A stretch of DNA of 56,655 bases, counting the filler, from an uncultured bacterium (lineage in GTDB: Bacteria; Latescibacterota; UBA2968): assembly GCA_964471275.1 (NCBI GenBank). It is 2 parts of 2 records of this genome, joined end to end, with 100 filler letters (N's around TTAATTAATTAA, not from the genome) between each part and the next. Parts side by side here need not be neighbours in the genome. Positions count along the whole stretch, not along the records: positions 28,445 to 56,655 come from CAYYGZ010000028.1; 1 more part is not named here. One strand, given 5' to 3'. A program made the position numbers and the translations under genes. Under the pieces are notes generated by a model. It was not told the DNA's origin. It searched no databases and was given only the letters and a program-made list of their open reading frames with translations. Every line of letters starts with the position of its first letter. The stretch's first letter is position 1. Shown here in pieces: positions 47,735-56,655 of this stretch.

Positions 47735-48972
47735 CAACGCTCCAGAAGGTCATCATCGGTTTGGGATCCGTGATTCTGCTGGTCGTGGGCGCCGTGCTTT
47801 ATCCAGTGCCGGAGGATCCACGCGCGGGACACGACCACGACCCGGATTTCGCCTACTACACTTGTCCAATGCATCCCTCTATGAAACTCCAGGACCCGAA
47901 AGCTCCGTGCCCTATCTGTGGGATGGACTTAACCGCGGTTCCAAAAGCGGAAGCGCAGATAACGGAGGCAGAAGGACCCGGATTTGTGACACTGACCGGG
48001 TCGCAGCAGCAGCTGATCGGGGTGACGGTCGATTCGGTAAGGGAGCACGAGACAGCCTCGGAGATCCGGACAACCGGCCGAATCACCTATGACGAGACTG
48101 CTTGGGCAGACGTGAACCTGAAGGTTTCGGGATGGATCCGGGAACTCTATGTGGACTATGTCGGAAAGCCTGTCAGGAAAGGAGAGCCTCTCTTCACGCT
48201 CTACAGCCCGGACTTGCTGTCGAGCCAGGACGAGTATCTCCTGGCGTATCGCGGGCGGCGAAGTACATCGGATGCTACTGGATGGAATGAACGTCTGCTT
48301 GCGTCGGCACGTGAGCGCCTCCAGCTGTGGGACCTGACAGATGAGCAGATTGCGGAGATCGAACACACGGGAAGACGTCAAACGGCAGTGATAGTCTACG
48401 CACCCATTGACGGTGTGGTGATCGACCGATTGGCAGTGGCGGGTATGCACGTCACCCCGGCGATGCGGTTATACCGGATCGGGAAGCTCGATACTGTATG
48501 GGTGAAAGCAGATGTCCACGAGCACGATGTATCCTCGGTGACCGAGGGACAGGCAGTCACGGTGACGCTTCCGTATCTGCAGGATCGAAGTGTCGAAGGC
48601 ACCGTGGACTATGTCTATCCGTACTTGAGCCCAAAGACCCGTACGGGAACGATCCGGATCAAGGTAGCAAACCCAGAAGGGGTGTTGAAGCCTGAGATGT
48701 TTGCAGATGTCGACATACACGGGACCAGCAGAAGGATGCTGATCGTACCCGAACCGGCAGTGATGTTCTCCGGATTGAGACGGCTTGTGTTCACTGCTCT
48801 CGGGGAGGGGAGATTTGCGCCCAAAGAGGTCCGATTGGGAAAGCGGTTCGATTCGGGATATGAGATTCTCGCAGGTCTGCACGCAGGGGAGCAGGTCGTA
48901 ACGAGTGCGAATTTCCTTCTAGATTCCGAGAGTAAACTGAAGAACGTCGGGGCGGACAAGCATGATCACTGA
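47731..48972 (+). CDS. cusB: CusB-type periplasmic adaptor with heavy-metal-binding domain
   Basis: YTCPMHP...CPICGMDL, GWIRELYV, LKPEMFA, FLLDSES. Confidence 0.9.
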   Translation: MTTLQKVIIGLGSVILLVVGAVLYPVPEDPRAGHDHDPDFAYYTCPMHPSMKLQDPKAPCPICGMDLTAVPKAEAQITEAEGPGFVTLTGSQQQLIGVTVDSVREHETASEIRTTGRITYDETAWADVNLKVSGWIRELYVDYVGKPVRKGEPLFTLYSPDLLSSQDEYLLAYRGRRSTSDATGWNERLLASARERLQLWDLTDEQIAEIEHTGRRQTAVIVYAPIDGVVIDRLAVAGMHVTPAMRLYRIGKLDTVWVKADVHEHDVSSVTEGQAVTVTLPYLQDRSVEGTVDYVYPYLSPKTRTGTIRIKVANPEGVLKPEMFADVDIHGTSRRMLIVPEPAVMFSGLRRLVFTALGEGRFAPKEVRLGKRFDSGYEILAGLHAGEQVVTSANFLLDSESKLKNVGADKHDH

Positions 48973-49070
48973 TTGCGTGGTGCGAATTCAACAGAGCCGC
49001 GATTGGTATCTTGGCCAACGTTCGAATTCTGGCGCGGCACCCTCAGGCCGGGGGGTGAGGATAGAAGCTC

Positions 49071-52000
49071 ATGATTGAGAGACTGATCGAGTACAGTGCC
49101 AGAAACCGGCTGTTGGTCATCATGGTGACGGTGTTCGCCGCGGTGTGGGGAGCCTGGGGGCTGGCGAATGTGCCGCTGGACGCGATCCCCGATTTATCCG
49201 ATGTGCAGGTCATCGTGTTTACTGAGTGGCCGGGACGCAGCCCGGATCTGGTCGAAGATCAAATCACATATCCCGTGATTACGACGATGCTGTCTGCGCC
49301 GCGGGTCAAGTTTGTGAGAGGGCAGTCGTTCTTTGGGCTTTCGTTTGTGTATGTGATCTTCGAAGATGGTACGGACATGTACTGGGCACGGAGTCGCGTT
49401 CTCGAATACCTGAATGAAGTGACCGGAAAGCTGCCTGAAGGGGTATCGCCGTCGCTTGGTCCCGACGCGACGGGTGTCGGGTGGGTCTATCAGTATGCGC
49501 TTGTGGACACGACTGGATCGAACAGTCTGGCGGATCTGAGAAGCTTCCAGGACTGGTCCCTGAAATACTGGCTCGAGAGCGTACCGGGTGTAGCAGAGGT
49601 GGCATCGGTCGGCGGATTCGTGAAGCAGTATCAGGTCAACGTCGATCCGAACCGGCTTCTGGCATACGGCATTCCGATCAGCAAGCTGGTGCAGGCGATC
49701 CGAGCGAGCAACAACGATGTCGGTGGGCGCGTGATCGAGGTGGCCGGGACCGAGCATATGATTCGTGGTCGTGGATACATCAAATCCGTATCGGACATCG
49801 AGACGGTTCCGCTTGGGGCGAGTCGCGATGGGACGCCAATCTATCTCGGGGATGTGGCGCGTGTAGAAATCGGTCCCGACATGCGCCGTGGTTTGGCGGA
49901 ATTGGACGGGAAGGGGGAAGTGGTCGGCGGCATTGTCGTCATGCGATATGGCGAAAACGCGCTGGGCGTGATCGAACGCGTAAAGGAGCGGATTCACGAA
50001 ATCGAACCGTCACTGCCTGAGGGCGTCGAGATTGTCACCACATACGATCGATCCGACCTGATCGAACGTGCGATCAACGTGCTTCGCGATGAGCTGACTC
50101 AGGAGATGGCAATCGTCGCCGTGGTGATCGTGCTCTTTCTGCTTCATATCCGAAGCGCGCTCATCCCTGTCCTGACGCTCCCGATCGCCGTGCTGCTGTC
50201 GTTTATCCCCATGTACTACCTGGGGCTGACGTCCAATATCATGTCGCTGGGTGGTATTGCCATTGCCATCGGGGCCATGGTGGATGCGGCAGTTGTGCTC
50301 GTGGAGAACGCGCACAAACATCTCGAACGGTCGCGGTCTGCCGTGCTCACGAGAGGCGAGAGGATTGATGTGATCATCCGCTCTGCGAAGGAAGTCGGAC
50401 GACCCATCTTCTACTCGCTTCTGATCGTTGCCGTTTCGTTCGCACCGGTCTTCACGCTCGAGGCCCAGGAAGGTCGGCTGTTCAAGCCGCTCGCGTTTAC
50501 AAAGAATTTCGTCATGTTCTTCGCCGCCATCCTGGCTGTGACGCTGGCACCGGCGCTCATGACACTCCTTATTCGCGGCAAGCTGCATTCCGAAGCACGT
50601 CATCCGGTCAGTCGTGCCTTGATCTGGATGTATGATCCGGTGATTCGTTTCGTGCTCCATTTCAGAAAATCGGTTCTCGTGCTGACGCTCACGGTTCTGG
50701 CGATGTCCCTGCCGGCTTACCTCGGACTGGGCTCTGAGTTCATGCCGCCTCTACGGGAAGGCAGCATTCTCTACATGCCGACTGCTCTTCCCGGGATGTC
50801 GGTGGGGGAGGCGAAGAAGGTGCTGCACGCTCAGGACAGGCTGATCAAGCAGTTCCCTGAGGTCGAACGCGTGTTTGGGAAGGTCGGTCGATCTCGCACG
50901 GCGACCGACCCGGCTCCCCTCTCAATGGTAGAGACTACAATCACTCTGAAACCCGAATCAGAATGGCGCCCGGGGATGACCTGGGACAAGCTGATCGACG
51001 AGATGAACAAGACGGTTCAGGTACCGGGCATGCCGAATATCTGGTGGATGCCGATCCAAACACGGACCGAGATGCTGGCAACGGGTATCCGGAGTCCGAT
51101 TGGAATCAAGATCTTTGGGCCGGACCTTTCGGTGATCGAGCAGGTTGCTGTGGCGATCGAGCAAGTGGTGAAAGAAATACCCGGTACACGAAGCGCATTT
51201 GCGGAGCGTTTGACAGGCGGCTATTTCGTCGATTTCGACGTGAACCGTAAGAAGGCTGCCCGATTCGGCCTGACAGTTGAGCAGGTCGAAATGGTCATTC
51301 AGACGGCGGTCGGGGGAATGAACGTCGCGCACACGGTGGAGGGTCGGGAACGATATCCGATCAACGTCCGCTATGCGCGTGAGCTGCGAGATAATCTGGA
51401 CGATCTGGCGAGGGTGTTGGTACCAACACCTTCGGGTGCGCAGATCCCGATCGGTCAGTTGGCGGAGATCAGAACCACGACCGGCCCTCCCATGATCCGG
51501 GATGAAAGCGCACAGCTTGTCGGATTTGTGTTTGTGGACATCGCGGGCCGGTCGCTCGGTGAGTATGTTGATGAAGCCCGGCAGCTCGTCCGAGACCGCG
51601 TGGATGTTCCGGCGGGATACCGGATTGCGTGGGGAGGTCAGTTTGAGTACATGGAGCGTGCCAAGGCGAAGCTGCAGGTCGTCGTACCGGTTACGCTGTT
51701 CATCGTGTTCTTCCTGCTCTACATGAACTTCAAGTCGATCGGGGACACGCTGGTCGTGATGCTTTCGGTTCCCTTCGCGCTGGTCGGGAGTGTTTGGTTG
51801 CTGTGGTGGCTCGGATACAACATGTCTGTCGCTGTCTGGGTTGGTGTGATCGCTCTTGTGGGCGTGGCGGCGGAGACAGGTGTGGTGATGCTCGTGTATC
51901 TGAATGAGGCCTGGTCACGCAGACAGAACGAAGGCAAAGCTACGCTGAAGGATCTGTATGAAGCAGTTATCGAGGGAGCCGTGCAGCGCGTTCGGCCCAA

Positions 52001-52208
52001 GATTATGACGGTCGGGACTACGATTCTTGGGCTGATTCCGATAATGGTGGGAACGGGTGCTGGATCGGATGTCATGAAACGGATTGCCGCACCCATGGTC
52101 GGTGGGTTGGTAACGTCGACGATCCTGACGCTTGTCGTCATCCCGGTGATCTATGTGTTGTGGAAAGGGATGGGAATAGAATCGGATAGCAGGCAAATCG
52201 GAAAGTAA
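49071..52208 (+). CDS. cusA: CusA-type Cu+/Ag+ efflux RND transporter
   Basis: LDAIPDLSDVQV, YWARSRVLEYL, AIGAMVDAA, conserved Met sites (LYMP, LSMVET, EMLATG). Confidence 0.95.
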   Translation: MIERLIEYSARNRLLVIMVTVFAAVWGAWGLANVPLDAIPDLSDVQVIVFTEWPGRSPDLVEDQITYPVITTMLSAPRVKFVRGQSFFGLSFVYVIFEDGTDMYWARSRVLEYLNEVTGKLPEGVSPSLGPDATGVGWVYQYALVDTTGSNSLADLRSFQDWSLKYWLESVPGVAEVASVGGFVKQYQVNVDPNRLLAYGIPISKLVQAIRASNNDVGGRVIEVAGTEHMIRGRGYIKSVSDIETVPLGASRDGTPIYLGDVARVEIGPDMRRGLAELDGKGEVVGGIVVMRYGENALGVIERVKERIHEIEPSLPEGVEIVTTYDRSDLIERAINVLRDELTQEMAIVAVVIVLFLLHIRSALIPVLTLPIAVLLSFIPMYYLGLTSNIMSLGGIAIAIGAMVDAAVVLVENAHKHLERSRSAVLTRGERIDVIIRSAKEVGRPIFYSLLIVAVSFAPVFTLEAQEGRLFKPLAFTKNFVMFFAAILAVTLAPALMTLLIRGKLHSEARHPVSRALIWMYDPVIRFVLHFRKSVLVLTLTVLAMSLPAYLGLGSEFMPPLREGSILYMPTALPGMSVGEAKKVLHAQDRLIKQFPEVERVFGKVGRSRTATDPAPLSMVETTITLKPESEWRPGMTWDKLIDEMNKTVQVPGMPNIWWMPIQTRTEMLATGIRSPIGIKIFGPDLSVIEQVAVAIEQVVKEIPGTRSAFAERLTGGYFVDFDVNRKKAARFGLTVEQVEMVIQTAVGGMNVAHTVEGRERYPINVRYARELRDNLDDLARVLVPTPSGAQIPIGQLAEIRTTTGPPMIRDESAQLVGFVFVDIAGRSLGEYVDEARQLVRDRVDVPAGYRIAWGGQFEYMERAKAKLQVVVPVTLFIVFFLLYMNFKSIGDTLVVMLSVPFALVGSVWLLWWLGYNMSVAVWVGVIALVGVAAETGVVMLVYLNEAWSRRQNEGKATLKDLYEAVIEGAVQRVRPKIMTVGTTILGLIPIMVGTGAGSDVMKRIAAPMVGGLVTSTILTLVVIPVIYVLWKGMGIESDSRQIGK

Positions 52209-52353
52209 ATAGAACACCAGCCCAACCCACCCTCGGCTGTGGGAGTCGGGTGCCCAGACGGGTCTATCGCTGATCGTGGCCTCTGAAGGGATGCGACAAC
52301 ACACGATCCAATGATGGCATTCTTGGATACCCCCTACGAAAGGAAAGACTCAC

Positions 52354-52584
52354 GTGTTTGGCAAGAAAGCGAAGCTGAAGGTGACCGGTATGTCCTGTGG
52401 CCACTGCGAAAAGTCCGTGGAAGAAGGCCTGGCCGAAGTCGCGGGTGTCGCAAAGGTGAGCGCGGACCATACGAAGGATCTGGTTACGGTGCGGTACAAA
52501 GGCGAGTGCCCGAATGTCCAGAATGTGAAGACAAAGGTGGTTAAACTCGGTTTCGAAGCGGGGGACGGCTGGGTTCAGTCTTGA
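52354..52584 (+). CDS. copZ: CopZ-like heavy-metal-associated (HMA) chaperone
   Basis: LKVTGMSCGHC...GF; 76 aa directly after cusA. Confidence 0.88.
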   Translation: MFGKKAKLKVTGMSCGHCEKSVEEGLAEVAGVAKVSADHTKDLVTVRYKGECPNVQNVKTKVVKLGFEAGDGWVQS

Positions 52585-52597
52585 GGCGAAGGTCAGA

Positions 52598-53310
52598 ATG
52601 AGAGACAGCCACTTCCCCAGACAGAGACGACTTGTCACAGCCGGTATCGTGTGGTTTGTGGCAGCGGTGATCGCTCTTCTCGGCAGCCGTGTCACGGCCC
52701 AGACCTATACGGCATCGGATGTCGACTTCGATGGCAGGGGTACCGTTATGTTTGGTGATCTGATTCTGCTCTCCGGTGCCTTCGGTCAACCGACCGCGGC
52801 ATTCGATGGTGACGGGCATGTCGATTTTGGCGATTTTCTTGTATTGGTCGCATTCTAAGGGGTCGATATCGTGGGGCCAGCGACATCCGGTGACGATACA
52901 GTGTTCACGACGCCGGCCGGTTACGATCACCCAATGGTCCTGTTTCCCGGCGGGTCGTTCCTGATGGGATCAGACGAAGGATCGCCCAACCAGCATCCGA
53001 TGAGAACCGTGATCACCGACTCTTTTCTGATCGATGCATTCGAGACAACGAACGAACAGTTTTCCGCGTTTCTGAGCGTCGAATGGCCGGGAATGTGTTC
53101 GAGTGGGTTGCCGACTACTACGACGCGGACTACTACGTCTCCGCAGCCGATACCAATCCTGCAGGACCTGCATCGGGAATGCTTCGCGTCATCAGGGGTG
53201 GATCACATCCAGCACTGATCGATGCCTGGATGCAGGCTACCTACCGGCAACCCATTGGCGAATCCGGGAGATTGGTGGATGTCGGGTTCCGATGTGCACG
53301 GAACCCATAG
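52598..53310 (+). pseudogene. Secreted dockerin/EF-hand-like plus FGE-sulfatase (SUMF1) domain gene, disrupted
   Basis: Signal peptide, FDGDGHVDFGDFL, in-frame TAA at 52856-52858, GGSFLMGS..ETTNEQF, frame change with internal loss near 53080, MAGNVFEW..RGGS..GFRCA. Confidence 0.75.
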
Positions 53311-53494
53311 GATGGTTGGGCTGCGGACCACCGTTGCCTCTGATGCCTTCAAATAGACAATCTGACAGCTTCTGTCCGGCCCGGATATCCCTTACCCACG
53401 CAAAGTCGACAAGAATGCCTCCATACGTGCTTCTGATCACCTTCTGATGAGGGTATCGCCTCGCAGATTCAACGCCATATCAAAGAGGAATCAT

Positions 53495-54565
53495 ATGAAA
53501 ACATCCGATCCATTCGAAGAAGGTCTCGCCGTCGGTGAGGCCTCGGCGTCCGCCGCAGGAGATGCGTCAGGAAAGTCTACGAATGAAGGGCGTATGTATG
53601 TGCGCACACAGGGCTTTGGATCAACCGATGCCGAGCTGCGCTTTCTTCAGCGGTGTGGCGTGCGCCACAAGGCCGCCGTCTTTCCGTTTCACCCCGACCG
53701 GGGCTGGGATCTCGACGAGCTGATCCGGGAAAGGGAGCACCACGAGGCATTTGATCTGACGTTGGACATGAGCTCGCTACCCATCTATGAGAAGCTTCCC
53801 AACATCATCTATTTCGGAAAAAGCCCGGAACGTGATCGGGAGATCGATCTGGCGTGTGAGATGATCCGGACCGCGTCGCGAGCCGGTATCGATTCTCTGC
53901 GTTACAACACTTGCATCCTGCCTATCGATCGTACGGAACCGGAAGAGGGTCGAGGCGGTTACTACCACACCGCATTCCGACTGGACAAGATGCCGGAGGA
54001 GGAACAGGCCAGGTTAACCCAGGCCGGGCGCGTTACGGCAGACATGCACTGGGAACGAATCGAATATCTGCTCGAACGCATGATCCCGGTAGCAGAGGAA
54101 TTCAATGTCCGAATGGGTAATTCCCAGGAAGATCCCCCCACACCCCCCGGCTATAAGGGCGTGGACAAAGTCCTCAATGATTTCGAAGGTATGAAGCGCT
54201 TTATCGAGATTCAGCGCAGCCCCTATCACGGCTGGAATTTCTGTGTCGGCTCCATCGCGGAAATGCTCGAAGACTCGGCGAATGAGGTCTATCCGTTTAT
54301 CGAATACTTTGGCAGCCGCAACACGATTTTTCTAGTCCATTACCGCAACCTTCTCGGACAGCGCTACAGCTTCCGCGAGGCCTTGCCCGATGAAGGAGAC
54401 ATGGACTTCTTCCGTGTGCTGAAAGCCCTCAAGGACACGGGCTACTGCTACGGAATTGATCCGGACCACGTACCACGCACCGACGATGATCCGAAGGGTA
54501 CCTACCAGTCTTACGCTTACTGCTTCGGCTACATCAATGCCATGATTCAAGCGGTCTACGGCTAA
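53495..54565 (+). CDS. Mannonate dehydratase (UxuA)-like protein
   Basis: YLLERMIPVAEE, DPP, NFCVGS, VHYRN, DEGDMDF, PDHVP. Confidence 0.8.
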   Translation: MKTSDPFEEGLAVGEASASAAGDASGKSTNEGRMYVRTQGFGSTDAELRFLQRCGVRHKAAVFPFHPDRGWDLDELIREREHHEAFDLTLDMSSLPIYEKLPNIIYFGKSPERDREIDLACEMIRTASRAGIDSLRYNTCILPIDRTEPEEGRGGYYHTAFRLDKMPEEEQARLTQAGRVTADMHWERIEYLLERMIPVAEEFNVRMGNSQEDPPTPPGYKGVDKVLNDFEGMKRFIEIQRSPYHGWNFCVGSIAEMLEDSANEVYPFIEYFGSRNTIFLVHYRNLLGQRYSFREALPDEGDMDFFRVLKALKDTGYCYGIDPDHVPRTDDDPKGTYQSYAYCFGYINAMIQAVYG

Positions 54566-55054
54566 ACCGCACGTCTAGGCTGTCCAGTGTCATAATGGTG
54601 CTGACACGTTGAGCCAGCAGGTAGGGCTGATTTGGGATTGCTGCTTTCTCTACACGATGCTGGTGGCTAGGTCTCGAATCCGGATCTGTCTCAGCCCCGG
54701 AACGGGGCGACCGTTATAAGCCTGGGGTGCGGTCGAGCCGCCTGCCCGTCGAGAGCGTAGCGATGACGGACTGCGGGGCCGAACCCCAGGCTTGGACGGA
54801 CAACCGTGAGACGCGTCGCGATGGCTTCTCAGAACCCGAAAAGGATTGCCCCCGATGCGAATCGTACAAACACGCGCGTGCCGGTAACGGCCTCGATACG
54901 ATCCGGCAAACCGTTTGACTTCAGCGAATCTGAACTGCAAACACCATTCTGAATCCGTACAGTCTAGGATGGACGTTGACCAGCGGGATGAACCTTTGTC
55001 GCGGGTGCTGTGTTGTGAACCTTGGACGGAAGTCACCTTGGGAGCACAAAACAG

Positions 55055-56655
55055 ATGTCGAATCTTCACTACTACAATCACGATTGGGTTGAACCCACGA
55101 CCGACTCCATCGAGACGGATGTCTGTATCTACGGCGGCTCGTCGGGTGGTATGGCTGCCGCAGTCACCGTTGCTCGAGCCGGTCTACGTGTCGTTGTCCT
55201 CCAGCCGGGCAAGCACATCGGCGGGATGACATCCGGTGGATTGGGTTGGACGGATTTCGGCCGGAAGCACGTCATCGGTGGGCTGAGCCGCTCCTTCTAC
55301 AGCCAGGTCGGTCAACACTACGGTCTTGACGAGGAATGGCGGTTCGAGCCCCACGTCGCGGAGGCGGTCTACGGAACGTGGATCGAGGAGAACGGTATTG
55401 ATGTCCGATACGGCCAGTATCTGGATTCTGTCGAATTGGATGGACGACGAATTGCTGCCGTCACCTTACTCGGCGGGCTGCGGATCAGGGCCCGGCTCTT
55501 CATGGATTGCTCTTACGAGGGAGATCTGATGGCGAAGGCCGGTGTTTCGTTTCACGTGGGTAGGGAAGCCAACGAGGCCTACGGTGAGACGCTCAACGGC
55601 ATCCAGGTACAGGACAAGCATCAGTTCGGTTTTGCCGTCGATCCCTATGTGAATCCGGGTGACCCGACCAGTGGACTCCTGCCCCAGATCGAGGAGGTCG
55701 ATCTGTCGCGTCGGCAGGGCGAGGGTGATCATCGTGTTCAAGCCTACTGCTTCCGCGTGTGCATGACCGATGATCCGGCTCTGAAGATCGATTGGGAGCA
55801 GCCGGCACGCTTCGATCCCGCCCAGTACGTCCTGGCGACGCGCTGGTTCAACACGTCAGGCGGTGACGGACAGAATCCGAATCATAGTGCCGATCCGATC
55901 GCCCACATTCGCGATAGCGGCGTACCCGGAAAATTCGACATCCTGCCAAAAAAAACCCCGGGTGGTTTCTACAAGACCGACACGAACAATCACGGTGCCA
56001 TCAGCAGTGACTTTATCGGCCGTTCATGGAACTGGCCCTCAACGAGCTACGAGGAGAGGGAGGCCGTTTTTCAGTTCCACGTCGACTATCAGCAAGGTCT
56101 CTACTGGCACCTAGCCAACGAACCAGCAATCCCCCAACGTGTGAGGGACGCGTATAGTCGCTGGGGTCTGGCTAGTGACGAGTTCCCTGACACCGAGTAT
56201 TGGCCCCATCAGCTTTATATCCGTGAGTGCCGGCGGATGATCGGTGACTACGTCATCACAGAACACGACTGCTACCAGAAGTCGGTCGCTGCAGATTCAA
56301 TCGGGATGGGCAGCTATACGATGGATTCACACAACTGCTCCCGATTTGTGCGAACCGAGGATGGTCTGGCGCGTGTTCTCAATGACGGAGATGTGCAGAT
56401 TCCGCCGACCGATCCCTATCCCGTCAGCTATCGGAGTATCGTGCCGAAGAAGGGAGAATCAACGAATCTGTTCGTCCCGGTCTGTTTCTCGGCCTCCCAT
56501 ATCTCGTATGGGAGCGCCCGTATGGAACCAGTCTTTATGGTTCTGGGTGAATCCGCTGGTCTGGCGGCGAAGCTCTGTTTGGAGAACTGCTGTGATGTGC
56601 AGGATCTACCGTACGATGAATTGTATCCCGAGTTGGTGAAGGCTGATCAGATCCT
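55055..56655 (+). CDS. FAD-dependent oxidoreductase, runs off the window end
   Basis: Read by hand (absent from the ORF track): DVCIYGGSSGG, GGMTSGGLG, DCSYEGDL, YIRECRR, SASHISYGSARMEP. Confidence 0.88.
   Translation, partial: MSNLHYYNHDWVEPTTDSIETDVCIYGGSSGGMAAAVTVARAGLRVVVLQPGKHIGGMTSGGLGWTDFGRKHVIGGLSRSFYSQVGQHYGLDEEWRFEPHVAEAVYGTWIEENGIDVRYGQYLDSVELDGRRIAAVTLLGGLRIRARLFMDCSYEGDLMAKAGVSFHVGREANEAYGETLNGIQVQDKHQFGFAVDPYVNPGDPTSGLLPQIEEVDLSRRQGEGDHRVQAYCFRVCMTDDPALKIDWEQPARFDPAQYVLATRWFNTSGGDGQNPNHSADPIAHIRDSGVPGKFDILPKKTPGGFYKTDTNNHGAISSDFIGRSWNWPSTSYEEREAVFQFHVDYQQGLYWHLANEPAIPQRVRDAYSRWGLASDEFPDTEYWPHQLYIRECRRMIGDYVITEHDCYQKSVAADSIGMGSYTMDSHNCSRFVRTEDGLARVLNDGDVQIPPTDPYPVSYRSIVPKKGESTNLFVPVCFSASHISYGSARMEPVFMVLGESAGLAAKLCLENCCDVQDLPYDELYPELVKADQI

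Overview
About 60% GC bacterial DNA made of two assembled pieces joined by an artificial spacer (N-run, TTAATTAATTAA, N-run at 28345-28444), so genes on either side need not be neighbours. The gene style (dockerin/EF-hand-like tag on an FGE-domain gene, orphan FliM-like domains, many TIM-barrel sugar enzymes) suggests a MAG from an uncultured diderm lineage such as Latescibacterota; this is inference only. The left piece carries a DEDD exonuclease-like gene, GH4 alpha-galactosidase, a DHDPS/NAL-family aldolase, ClC-CBS, OmpW, sugar isomerase/AKR/URO-D-like genes, a czcCBA-type RND operon, tRNA-Asn with a duplicated 3' flank, two decayed FliM-like paralogues, GDPD, an alkaline-phosphatase-superfamily gene, tadA, two tRNA-Ser, a cyclophilin-like gene and tRNA-Ala. 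The right piece carries xylulokinase, a membrane-TPR protein, an SDR, crcB, oligopeptidase A, methyltransferases, creatininase, TM2, ppiC, a HAD/DHS-like/PfkB operon, gltA, MarR, a cusCBA-copZ operon, an FGE pseudogene, a UxuA-like gene and a truncated FAD oxidoreductase. The best candidate for an undescribed system is the pair of secreted Cys-rich leader ORFs ending in '...LI-stop' that precede both metal-efflux operons. In the cus locus the bases just after the leader's stop codon can pair across the Shine-Dalgarno of the next gene, which suggests metal-responsive translational control by a leader lacking the RAPP motif. No CRISPR array, rRNA, integrase or transposase was seen. All product calls come from motif recognition by eye, not database searches.
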